DNA from: Eledone cirrhosa | Taxonomy: Eukaryota | Assembly (NCBI GenBank): GCA_964016885.1 | Contig: OZ024741.1 | Location: 224,750,001 to 224,814,000, forward strand | DNA: 64,000 nucleotides | Direction of reading: 5' to 3' | Part shown: piece after piece, positions 49,901-61,900 of the stretch | Layout of the letters: each line of letters starts with the position of its first letter | Numbering within the stretch: position 1 is the stretch's first letter | Notes under the pieces: model-generated | The model's database searches: none | What the model was told of the DNA's origin: nothing | Seen by the model: the letters and a program-made list of their open reading frames with translations, nothing else | Program-made: the position numbers and the translations under genes

Positions 49901-52900
49901 TTGGTTGCGGTTGGTAGTGGTTAGTATTTTTGTTGTTGATTGGTTGGGGTTTGTGGTGGTTAGTATTGTTGTTGTTGATTGGTTGGGGTTTGTGGTGGTT
50001 AATATTGTTGTTGTTGATTAGTTGGGGTTTGTGGTGGTTAGTATTGTTGTTGTTGATTGGTTGGGGTTGGTGGTGGTTAGTATTGTTGTTGGTGATTGGT
50101 TGGGGTTGGTAGTGGTTAGTATTGTTGTTGTTGATTGGTTGGGGTTTGTGGTGGTTAGTATTGTTGTTGTTGATTGGTTGGGTTTTGTGGTGGTTAGTAT
50201 TGTTGTTGTTGATTGGTTGGGGTTTGTGGTGATTAGTATTGTTGTTGTTGATTGGTTGGGTTGGTGGTGGTTAGTATTTTTGTTGTTGATTAGTTGGGGT
50301 TTGTGTTGGTTAGTATTGTTTTTGTTGATTAGTTGGGGTTTGTGGTGGTTAGTATTGTTGTTGTTGATTGGTTGGGGTTAGTGGTGGTTAGTATTGTTGT
50401 TGTTGATTGGTTGGGCTTTGTGGTGGTTAGAATTGTTGTTTTTGATTGGTTGTGGTTTGTGGTGGTTAATATTGTTGTTGCTTGGTTGGGGTTTGTGGTG
50501 GTTAGAATTGTTGTTGATTGGTTGGGGTTTGTGGTGGTTAGTATTGTTGATGAATGGTTGGGGTTTGTCGTGGTTAGAATTGTTGTTGATTGGTTGGGGT
50601 TTGTGGTGGTTAGTATTGTTGTTGATTGGTTGGGGTTTGTGGTGGTTAGTATTGTTGTTGTTGATTGGTTGGGGTTTGTGGTGGTTAGTATTGTTGTTGT
50701 TGATTGGTTGGGCTTTGTGGTGGTTAGTATTTTTGTTGTTGATTGGTTGGGGTTTGTGGTGGTTAGTATTGTTATTGTTGATTGGTTGGGGTTTGTGGTG
50801 GTTAGTATTGTTGTTGTTGATTAGTTGGGGTTTGTGGTGGTTAGTATTGTTGTTGTTGATTGGTTGGGGTTTGTGGTGGTTAGTATTGTTGTTGTTGATT
50901 AGTTGGGGTTTGTGGTGGTTAGTATTGTTGTTGTTGATAGGTTGGGGTTTGTGGTGGTTAGTATTGTTGTTGTTGATTGGTTGGGATTGGTGGTGGTTAG
51001 TATTGTTGTTGTTGATTGGTTGGGGTTTGTGGTGGTTAGTATTGTTGTTGTTGATTGGTTGGGGTTTATGGTGGTTAGTATTGTTGTTGATGATTAGTTG
51101 GGGTTTGTGGTGGTTAGTATTGTTGTTGGTGATTGGTTGGGGTTTGTGGTGGTTAGTATTGTTAGTGTTGATTGGTTGGGGTTGGTAGTGGTTAGTATTG
51201 TTGTTGTTGATTGGTTGGGGTTTGTGGTTGTTAGTATTGTTGTTGTTGATTGGTTGGCTTTTGTGGTGGTTAGTATTGTTGTTGTTGATTGGTTGGGGTT
51301 TGTGGTGATTAGTATTGTTGTTGTTGATTGGTTGGGTTGGTGGTGGTTAGTATTGTTGTTGTTGATTAGTTGGGGTTTGTGGTGGTTAGTATAGTTGTTG
51401 ATTGGTTGGTTGGGGTTTGTGGTGGTTAGTATTGTTGTTGATTGGTTGGTTGGGGGTTGTGGTGGTCAGTATTTTTGTTGTTGATTGGTTGGGGTTTGTG
51501 GTGGTTAGTATTGTTGTTGTTGATTGGTTGGGTTTTGTGGTGGTTAGTATTGTTGTTGTTGATTGGTTGGGGTTGGTGGTGGTTAGTGTTGTTGTTGATT
51601 GGTTGGGGTTGGTGATGGTTAGTATTGCTGTTGTTGATTGGTTGGGGTTTGTGGTGGTTAGTATTGTTGTTGTTGATTGGTTGGGGTTTGTGGCGGTTAG
51701 TATTGTTGTTGTTGATTGGTTGGGGTTGTTTGTGGTTAGTATTGTTGTTGTTGATTGGTTGGGTTTTGTGGTGGATAGTATTGTTATTGTTGATTAGTTG
51801 GGGTTTGTGGTGGTTAGTATTGTTGTTGTTGATGGGTTGGGGTTTGTGGTTATTAGTATTGTTGTTGTTGATTGGTTGGGGTTTGTGGTGGTTAGTATTG
51901 TTGTTGTTGATTAGTTGGAGTTTGTGGTGGTTAGTATTGTTGTTGTTGATTGGTTGGTGTTTGTTGTGGTTAGTTTTGTTGTTGTTGATTGGTTGGGGTT
52001 TGTGGTGGTTAGTATTGTTGTTGTTGATTAGTTAGGGTTTGTGGTGGTTAGTATTGTTGTTGTTGATTGGTTGGGGTTTGTGGTGGTTAGTTTTGTTGCT
52101 GTTGATTGGTTGGGGTTTGTGGTGGTTAGTATTGTTGTTGTTGATTAGTTGGGGTTTGTGGTGGTTAGTATTGTTGTTGGTGATTGGTTGGGGTTTGTGG
52201 TGGTTAGTATTGTTGTTGTTGATTGGTTGGGGTTGGTAGTGGTTAGTATTGTTGTTGTTGATTGGTTGGGGTTTGTGGTGATTAGTATTGTTGTTGTTGA
52301 TTGGTTGGGTTGGTGGTGGTTAGTATTGTTGTTGTTGATTAGTTGGGGTTTGTGGTGGTTAGTATAGTTGTTGATTGGTTGGTTGGGGTTTGTGGTGGTT
52401 AGTATTGTTGTTGATTGGTTGGTTGGGGTTTGTGGTGGTTAGTATTGTTGTTGTTGATTGGTTGGGGTTTGTGGTGGTTAGTATTGTTGTTGTTGATTAG
52501 TTAGGGTTTGTGGTGGTTAGTATTGTTGTTGTTGATTAGTTGGGGTTTGTGCTGGTTAGTATTGTTGTTGTTGATTGGTTGGGGTTTGTGGTGATTAGTA
52601 TTGTTGTTGATTGGTTGGGGTTTGTGGTGGTTAGAATTGTTGTTGATTGGTTGGGGTTTGTGGTGGTTAGTATTGTTGTTGATTGGGTGGGGTTTGTGGT
52701 GGTTAGTATTGTTGTTGTTGATTGGTTGGGGTTTGTGGTGGTTAGTATTTTTGTTGTTGATTGGTTGGGGTTTGTGGTGGTTAGTATTGCTGTTGTTGAT
52801 TGGTTGGGGTTTGTGGTGATTAGTATTGTTGTTGTTGATTAGTTGGGGTTTGTGGTGGTTAGTATTGTTGTTGTTGATTGGTTGGGGTTTGTGGTGGTTA

Positions 52901-55900
52901 GTATTGTTGTTGCTGATTGGTTGGGGTTGGTGGTGGTTAGTATTGTTGTCATTGATTGGTTGGGATTTGTGGTGGTTAGTATTGTTGTTGTTGATTAGTT
53001 GGGGTTTGTGGTGGTTAGTATTGTTGTTGTTGATTGGCTGGGGTTTGTGGTGGTTAGTATTGTTGTTGTTGATTGGTTGGGGTTGGAGGTGGTTAGTATT
53101 GTTGTTGTTGATTGGTTGGGGTTTGTGGTGGTTGTTATTGTTGTTGTTGATTGGTTGGGGTTTGTGGTGGTTAGTATTGTTGTTGTTGATTAGTTAGGGT
53201 TTGTGGTGGTTAGTATTGTTGTTGGTGATTGGTTGGGGTTTGTGGTGGTTAGTATTGTTGTTGTTGATTGGTTGGGGTTGGTAGTGGTTAGTATTGTTGT
53301 TGTTGATTGGTTGGGGTTTGTGGTTATTAGTATTGTTGTTGTTGATTGGTTGGGGTTTGTGGTGGTTAGTATTGTTGTTGTTGATTAGTTGGGGTTAGTG
53401 GTGGTTAGTATTGTTGTTGTTGATTGGTTGGGTTTTGTGGTGGTTAGTATTGTTGTTGATTGGTTGGTTGGGGTTTGTGGTGGTTAGTATTGTTGTTGTT
53501 GATTGGTTGGGGTTGGTGGTGGTTAGTATTGTTGTCATTGATTGGTTGGGATTGTGGTGGTTAGTATTGTTGTTGTTGATTAGTTGGGGTTTGTGGTGGT
53601 TAGTATTGTTGTTGTTGATTGGCTGGGGTTTGTGGTGGTTAGTATTGTTGTTGTTGATTGGTTGGGGTTGGAGGTGTATAGTATTGTTGTTGTTGATTGG
53701 TTGGGGTTTGTGGTGGTTGTTATTGTTGTTGTTGTTGATTAGTTGGGGTTTGTGGTGGTTAGTATTGTTGTTGTTGATTGGTTGGGGTTGGTAGTGGTTA
53801 ATATTGTTGTTGTTGATTGGTTGGGGTTTGTGGTTATTAGTATTGTTGTTGTTGATTGGTTGGGGTTTGTGGTGGTTAGTATTGTTGTTGTTGATTGGTT
53901 GGTGTTTGTGGTGGTTAGTATTTTTGTTGGTGATTGGTTGGGGTTTGTGGTGGTTAGTATTATTGGTGGTGATTGGTTGGGGTTTGTGGCGGTTAGTATT
54001 GTTGTTGTTGATTGGTTGGGGTTGGTAGTGGTTAGTATTTTTGTTGTTGATTGGTTGGGGTTTGTGGTGGTTAGTATTGTTGTTGTTGATTGGTTGGGGT
54101 TTGTGGTGGTTAGTATTGTTGTTTTTGATTGGTTGACGTTTGTGGTGGTTAGTATTGTTGTTGTTGATTGGTTGGGGTTTGTGGTGGTTAGTATTGTTGT
54201 TGTTGATTGGTTGCGGTTGGTGGTGGTTAGTATTGTTGTTGATTGGTTGGGGTTTGTGGTGGTTAGTATTGTTGTTGTTGATTGGTTGGCATTTGTGGTG
54301 GTTAGTATTGTTGTTGTTGATTGGTTGGGGTTTGTGGTGGTTAGTATTGTTGTTGTTGATTGGTTGGGGTTTGTGGTGGTTAGTATTGTTGTTGATTGGT
54401 TGGGATATGTGGTGGATAGTATTGTTGTTGATGATTGGTTGGTGTTTGTGGTGGTTAGTATTGTTGTTGTTGATTGGTTGGGGTTTGTGGTGGTTAGTAT
54501 TGTTGTTGGTGATTGATTGGGGTTTGTGGTGGTTAGTATTGTTGTTGTTGATTGGTTGGGGTTGGTAGTGGTTAGTATTTTTGTTGTTGAATTTTTTGAG
54601 GTTTGTGGTTATTAGTATTGTTGTTGTTGATTGGTTGGGGTTTGTGGTGGTTAGTATTATTTTTGTTGATTAGTTGGGGTTTGTGGTGGTTAGTATTGTT
54701 GGTGTTGATTGGTTGGGGTTTGTGGTGATTAGTATTGTTGTTGTTGATTGGTTGGGTTGGTGGTGGTTAGTATTGTTGTTGTTGATTAGTTGGGGTTTGT
54801 GGTGATTAGTATAGTTGTTGTTGATTGGTTGGGGTTTGTGGTGGTTAGTATTGTTGTTTTTGATTGGTTGGCGTTTGTGGTGGTTAGTATCGTTGTTGTT
54901 GATTGGTTGGGGTTTGTGGTGGTTAGTATTGTTGTTGCTGATTGGTTGCGGTTGGTGGTGGTTAGTATTGTTGTTGATTGGTTGGGGTTTGTGGTGGTTA
55001 GTATTGTTGTTGTTGATTGGTTGGCATTTGTGGTGGTGAGTATTGTTGTTGTTGATTGGTTGGGGTTTGTGGTGGTTAGTATTGTTGTTGTTGATTGGTT
55101 GGGGTTTGTGGTGGTTAGTATTGTTGTTGACTGGTTGGGATTTGTGGTGGATAGTATTGTTGTTGTTGATTGGTTGGGGTTTGTGGTGATTAGTATTGTT
55201 GTTGATTGGTTGGGGCTTGTGGTGGTTAGAATTGTTGTTTATTGGTTGGGGTTTGTGGTGGTTAGTATTGTTGTTGATTGGGTGGGGTTTGTGGTGGTTA
55301 GTATTGTTGTTGTTGATTGGTTGGGGTTTGTGGTGGTTAGTATTGCTGTTGTTGATTGGTTGGGGTTTGTGGTGATTAGTATTGTTGTTGTTGATTAGTT
55401 GGGGTTTGTGGTGGTTAGTATTGTTGTTGTTGATTGGTTGGGGTTTGTGGTGGTTAGTATTGTTGTTGTTGATTGGTTGGGGTTGGTGGTGGTTAGTATT
55501 GTTGTCATTGATTGGTTGGGATTTGTGGTGGTTAGTATTGTTGTTGTTGATTAGTTGGGGTTTGTGGTGGTTAGTATTGTTGTTGTTGATTGGCTGGGGT
55601 TTGTGGTGGTTAGTATTGTTATTGTTGATTGGTTGGGGTTGGAGGTGGTTAGTATTGTTGTTGTTGATTGGTTGGGGTTTGTGGTGGTTGTTATTGTTGT
55701 TGTTGATTGGTTGGGGTTTGTGGTGGTTAGTATTGTTGTTGTTGATTAGTTAGGGTTTGTGGTGGTTAGTATTGTTGTTGGTGATTGGTTGGGGTTTGTG
55801 GTGGTTAGTATTGTTGTTGTTGATTGGTTGGGGTTGGTAGTGGTTAGTATTGTTGTTGTTGATTGGTTGGGGTTTGTGGTTATTAGTATTGTTGTTGTTG

Positions 55901-58900
55901 GTTGGTTGGGGTTTGTGGTGGTTAGTATTGTTGTTGTTGATTAGTTGGGGTTAGTGGTGGTTAGTATTGTTGTTGTTGATTGGTTGGGTTTTGTGGTGGT
56001 TAGTATTGTTGTTGATTGGTTGGTTGGGGTTTGTGGTGGTTAGTATTGTTGTTGTTGATTGGTTGGGGTTGGTGGTGGTTAGTATTGTTGTCATTGATTG
56101 GTTGGGATTTGTGGTGGTTAGTATTGTTGTTGTTGATTAGTTGGGGTTTGTGGTGGTTAGTATTGTTGTTGTTGATTGGCTGGGGTTTGTGGTGGTTAGT
56201 ATTGTTGTTGTTGATTGGTTGGGGTTGGAGGTGTATAGTATTGTTGTTGTTGATTGGTTGGGGTTTGTGGTGGTTGTTATTGTTGTTGTTGATTGGTTGG
56301 GGTTTGAGGTGGTTAGTATTGTTGTTGTTGTTGATTAGTTGGGGTTTGTGGTGGTTAGTATTGTTGTTGGTGATTGGTTGGGGTTTGTGGTGGTTAGTAT
56401 TGTTGTTGTTGATTGGTTGGGGTTGGTAGTGGTTAATATTGTTGTTGTTGATTGGTTGGGGTTTGTGGTTATTAGTATTGTTGTTGTTGATTGGTTGGGG
56501 TTTGTGGTGGTTAGTATTGTTGTTGTTGATTGGTTGGTGTTTGTGGTGGTTAGTATTTTTGTTGGTGATTGGTTGGGGTTTGTGGTGGTTAGTATTGTTG
56601 TTGGTGATTGGTTGGGGTTTGTGGCGGTTAGTATTGTTGTTGTTGATTGGTTGGGGTTGGTAGTGGTTAGTATTTTTGTTGTTGACTGGTTGGGGTTTGT
56701 GGTGGTTAGTATTGTTGTTGTTGATTGGTTGGGGTTTGTGGTGGTTAGTATTGTTGTTTTTGATTGGTTGACGTTTGTGGTGGTTAGTATTGTTGTTGTT
56801 GATTGGTTGGGGTTTGTGGTGGTTAGTATTGTTGTTGTTGATTGGTTGCGGTTGGTGGTGGTTAGTATTGTTGTTGATTGGTTGGGGTTTGTGGTGGTTA
56901 GTATTGTTGTTGTTGATTGGTTGGCATTTGTGGTGGTTAGTATTGTTGTTGTTGATTGGTTGGGGTTTGTGGTGGTTAGTATTGTTGTTGTTGATTGGTT
57001 GGGGTTTGTGGTGGTTAGTATTGTTGTTGATTGGTTGGGATTTGTGGTGGATAGTATTGTTGTTGATGATTGGTTGGTGTTTGTGGTGGTTAGTATTGTT
57101 GTTGTTGATTGGTTGGGGTTTGTGGTGGTTAGTATTGTTGTTGGTGATTGATTGGGGTTTGTGGTGGTTAGTATTGTTGTTGTTGATTGGTTGGGGTTGG
57201 TAGTGGTTAGTATTTTTGTTGTTGAATTTTTTGGGGTTTGTGGTTATTAGTATTGTTGTTGTTGATTGGTTGGGGTTTGTGGTGGTTAGTATTATTTTTG
57301 TTGATTAGTTGGGGTTTGTGGTGGTTAGTATTGTTGGTGTTGATTGGTTGGGGTTTGTGGTGATTAGTATTGTTGTTGTTGATTGGTTGGGTTGGTGGTG
57401 GTTAGTATTGTTGTTGTTGATTAGTTGGGGTTTGTGGTGATTAGTATAGTTGTTGTTGATTGGTTGGGGTTTGTGGTGGTTAGTATTGTTGTTTTTGATT
57501 GGTTGGCGTTTGTGGTGGTTAGTATCGTTGTTGTTGATTGGTTGGGGTTTGTGGTGGTTAGTATTGTTGTTGCTGATTGGTTGCGGTTGGTGGTGGTTAG
57601 TATTGTTGTTGATTGGTTGGGGTTTGTGGTGGTTAGTATTGTTGTTGTTGATTGGTTGACATTTGTGGTGGTGAGTATTGTTGTTGTTGATTGGTTGGGG
57701 TTTGTGGTGGTTAGTATTGTTGTTGTTGATTGGTTGGGGTTTGTGGTGGTTAGTATTGTTGTTGACTGGTTGGGATTTGTGGTGGATAGTATTGTTGTTG
57801 TTGATTGGTTGGGGTTTGTGGTGGTTAGTATTTTTGTGGTTGATTGGTTGGGGTTTGTGGTGGTTAGTATTGTTGTTGTTTATTAGTTGTGGTCTGTGGT
57901 GGTTAGTATTGTTGTTGTTGATTGGTTGGGTGTTGTGGTGGTTAGTATTGTTGTTGTTGATTGGTTGGGGTTGGTAGTGGTTAGTATTGTTGTTGTTGAT
58001 TGGTTGGGGTTTGTGGTTATTAGTATTGTTGTTGTTGATTGGTTGGGGTTTGTGGTGGTTAGTATTGTTTTTGTTGATTAGTTGGGGTTTGTGGTGGTTA
58101 GTATTGTTGTTGTTGATTGGTTGGGGTTTCTGGTGGTTAGTATTGTTGTTGTTGATTGGTTGGGGTTTGTGGTGGTTAGTATTGTTGTTGTTGATTGGTT
58201 GGGTTGGTGGTGGTTAGTAGTGTTGTTGTTGATTAGTTGGGGTTTGTGGTGGTTAGTATAGTTGTTGATTGGTTGGTTGGGGTTTGTGGTGGTTAGTATT
58301 GTTGTTGATTGGTTGGTTGGGGTTTGTGGTGGTTAGTATTGTTGTTGTTGATTGGTTGGGGTTTGTGCTGGTTAGTATTGTTGTTGTTGATTAGTTGGGG
58401 TTTGTGGTGGTTAGTATAGTTGTTGATTGGTTGGTTGGGGTTTGTGGTGGTTAGTATTGTTGTTGATTGGTTGGTTGGGGTTTGTGGTGGTTAGTATTGT
58501 TGTTGTTGATTGGTTGGGTTGGTGGTGGTTAGTATTGTTGTCGATTGGTTGGTTGGGGTTTGTGGGGGTTAGTATTGTTGTTGATTGGTTGGGGTTGGTG
58601 GTGGTTAGTATTGTTGTTGTTGATTGGTTGGTGTTGGTGGTGGTTACTATTGTTGTTGATTGGTTGGTTGCGGTTTGTGGTGGTTAGTATTGTTGTTGTT
58701 GATTAGTTGGGGTTTGTGTTGGTTAGTATTGTTGTTGTTGATTGGGTGGGGTTGGTGGTGGTTAGTATTGTTGTCGTTGATTGGTTGGGATTTGTGGTGG
58801 TTAGTATTGTTGTTGTTGATTGGTTGGGCTTGTGGTGGTTAGTATTGTTGTTGTTGATTGGTTGGGGTTTGTGCTGGTTAGTATTGTTGTTGATTGGTTG

Positions 58901-61900
58901 GGGTTTGTGGTGGTTAGAATTGTTGTTGATTGGTTGGGGTTTGTGGTGGTTAGTATTGTTGTTGATTGGTTGGGGTTTGTGGTGGTTAGTATTGTTGTTG
59001 TTGATTGGTTGGGGTTTGTGGTGGTTAGTATTGTTGTTGTTGATTAGTTGGGGTTTGTGGTGGTTAGTATTGTTGTTGTTGATTGGTTGGGGTTTGTGGT
59101 GGTTAGTATCGTTGTTGTTGATTAGTTGGGGTTTGTGGTGGTTAGTATTGTTGTTGTTGATTGGTTGGGGTTTGTGGTGGTTAGTATTGTTCTTGTTCAT
59201 TGGTTGGGGTTGGAGGTGGTTAGTATTGTTGTTGTTGATTGGTTGGGGTTTGTGGTGGTTGTTATTGTTGTTGTTGATTGGTTGGGGTTTGTGGTGGTTA
59301 GTATTGTTGTTGTTGATTAGTTAGGGTTTGTGGTGGTTAGTATTGTTGTTGGTGATTGGTTGGGGTTTGTGGTGGTTAGTATTGTTGTTGTTGATTGGTT
59401 GGGGTTGGTAGTGGTTAGTATTGTTGTTGTTGATTGGTTGGGGTTTGTGGTTATTAGTATTGTTGTTGTTGATTGGTTGGGGTTTGTGGTGGTTAGTATT
59501 GTTGTTGTTTATTAGTTGGGGTTTGTGGTGGTTAGTATTGTTGTTGTTGATTGGTTGGGGTTGGTGGTGGTTAGTATTGTTGTTGTTCATTGTTTGGGGT
59601 TTGTGGTGGTTAGTATTGTTGTTGTTCATTGGTTGGGGTTTCTGGTGGTTAGTATTGTTGTTGTTGATTGGTTGGGGTTTGTGGTGGTTAGTACTGTTGT
59701 TGTTGATTGCTTGGGTTTTGTGGTGGTTAGTATTGTTGTTGTTGATCGGTTGGGATGGTGGTGGTTAGTATTGTTGTTGTTGATTAGTTGGGGTTTGTGG
59801 TGGTTATTATAGTTGTTGATTGGTTGGTTGGGGTTTGTGGTGGTTAGTATTGTTGTTGTTGATTGGTTGGGGTTTGTGGTGGTTGTTATTGTTGTTGTTG
59901 ATTGGTTGGGGTTTGTGGTGGTTAGTATTGTTGTTGTTGATTAGTTAGGGTTTGTGGTGGTTAGTATTGTTGTTGGTGATTGGTTGGGGTTTGTGGTGGT
60001 TAGTATTGTTGTTGATTGGTTGGGGTTTGTGGGTGTTAGTATTGTTGTTGTTGATTGGTTGGGTTTTGTGGTGTTTAGTATTGTTGTTTTTGATTGGTTG
60101 AGGTTTGTGGTGATTAGTATTGTTGTTGTTGATTGGTTGGGTTGGTGGTGGTTAGTATTGCTGTTGTTGATTAGTTGGGGTTTGTGGTGGTTAGCATCGT
60201 TGTTGTTGATTGATCAGGGTTTGTGGTGGTTCGTATTGTTGTTTTTGATTGGTTGGGGTTTTAGGTGGTTAGTATTGTTGTTGTTGATTGGATGCGGTTG
60301 GTGGTGGTTAGTATTGTTGTAGATTGGTTGGGGTTTGTGGTGGTTAGTATTGTTGTTGTTGATTGGTTGGCATTTGTGGTGGTTAGTATTGTTGTTGTTG
60401 ATTGGTTGGGGTTTGTGGTGGTTAGTATTGTTGTTGTTGATTGGTTGGGGTTTGTGGTGGTTAGTATTGTTGTTGATTGGTTGGGATTTGTGGTGGATAG
60501 TATTGTTGTTGTTGATTGGTTGGGGTTTGTGGTGGTTAGTATTATTGTTGTTGATTAGTTGGGGTTTGTCGTGGTTAGTATTGTTGTTGGTGATTGGGTG
60601 GGGTTTGTGGTGGTTAGTATTGATGTTGTTGATTGGTTGGGGTTGGTAGTGGTTAGTATTGTTGTTGTTGATTGGTTGGGGTTTGTGGTGGTTAGTATTG
60701 TTGTTGTTGATTAGTTGGGGTTTGTGGTGGTTAGTATCGTTGTTGTTGATTGGTTGGGGTTTCTGGTGGTTAGTATTGTTGTTGTGGATTGGTTGGGGTT
60801 TGTGGTGGTTAGTATTGTTGTTGTTGATTGGTTGGGTTTTGTGGTGCTTAGTATTGTTGTTGTTGATTGGTTGGTGTTTGTGGTGATTAGTATTGTTGTT
60901 GTTGATTGGTTGGGTTGGTGGTGGTTAGTATTGTTGTTGTTGATTAGTTGGGGTTTGTGGTGGTTAGTATAGTTGTTGATTGGTTGGTTGGGGTTTGTGG
61001 TGGTTAGTATTGTTGTTGATTGGTTGGGGTTGGTGGTGGTTAGTATTGTTGTCGTTTATCGGTTGGGATTTTTGGTGGTTAGTATTGTTGTTGTTGATTG
61101 GTTGGGCTTGTGGTGGTTAGTATTGTTGTTGTTGATTGGTTGGGGTTTTGGGTGGTTAGTATTGTTGTTGATTGGTTGGGGTTTGTGGTGGTTAGAATTG
61201 TTGTTGATCGGTTGGGGTTTGTGGTGGTTAGTATTGTTGTTGATTGGTTGGGGTTTGTGGTGGTTAGTGTTGTTGTTGTTGATTGGTTGGGGTTTGTGGT
61301 GGTTAGTATTGTTGTTGTTGATTAGTTGGGGTTTGTGGTGGTTAGTATTGTTGTTGTTGATTGGTTGGGGTTGGTGGTGGTTAGTATTGTTGTTGTTGAT
61401 TGGTTGGGGTTGGTAGTGGTTAGTATTGTTGTTGTTGATTGGTTGGGGTTTGTGGTGGTTAGTATTGTTGTTGTTGATTGGTTGGGTTTTGTGGTGGTTA
61501 GTATTGTTGTTGTTGATTGGTTGGGGTTTGTGGTGATTAGTATTGTTGTTGTTGATTGGTTGGGTTGGTGGTGGTTAGTATTTTTGTTGTTGATTAGTTG
61601 GGGTTTGTGGTGGTTAGTATAGTTGTTGATTGGTTGGTTGGGGATTGTGGTGGTTAGTATTGTTGTTGCTTGGTTGGTTGGGGTTTGTGGTGGTTAGTAT
61701 TGTTGTTGTTGATTGGTTGGGGTTTGTGGTGGTTAGTATTGTTGTTGTTGATTAGTTGGGGTTTGTGGTGGTTAGTATAGTTGTTGATTAGTTGGTTGGG
61801 GTTTGTGGTGGTTAGTATTGTTGTTGTTGATTGGTTGGGTTGGTGGTGGTTAGTATTGTTGTCGATTGGTTGGTTGGGGTTTGTGGGGGTTAGTATTGTT

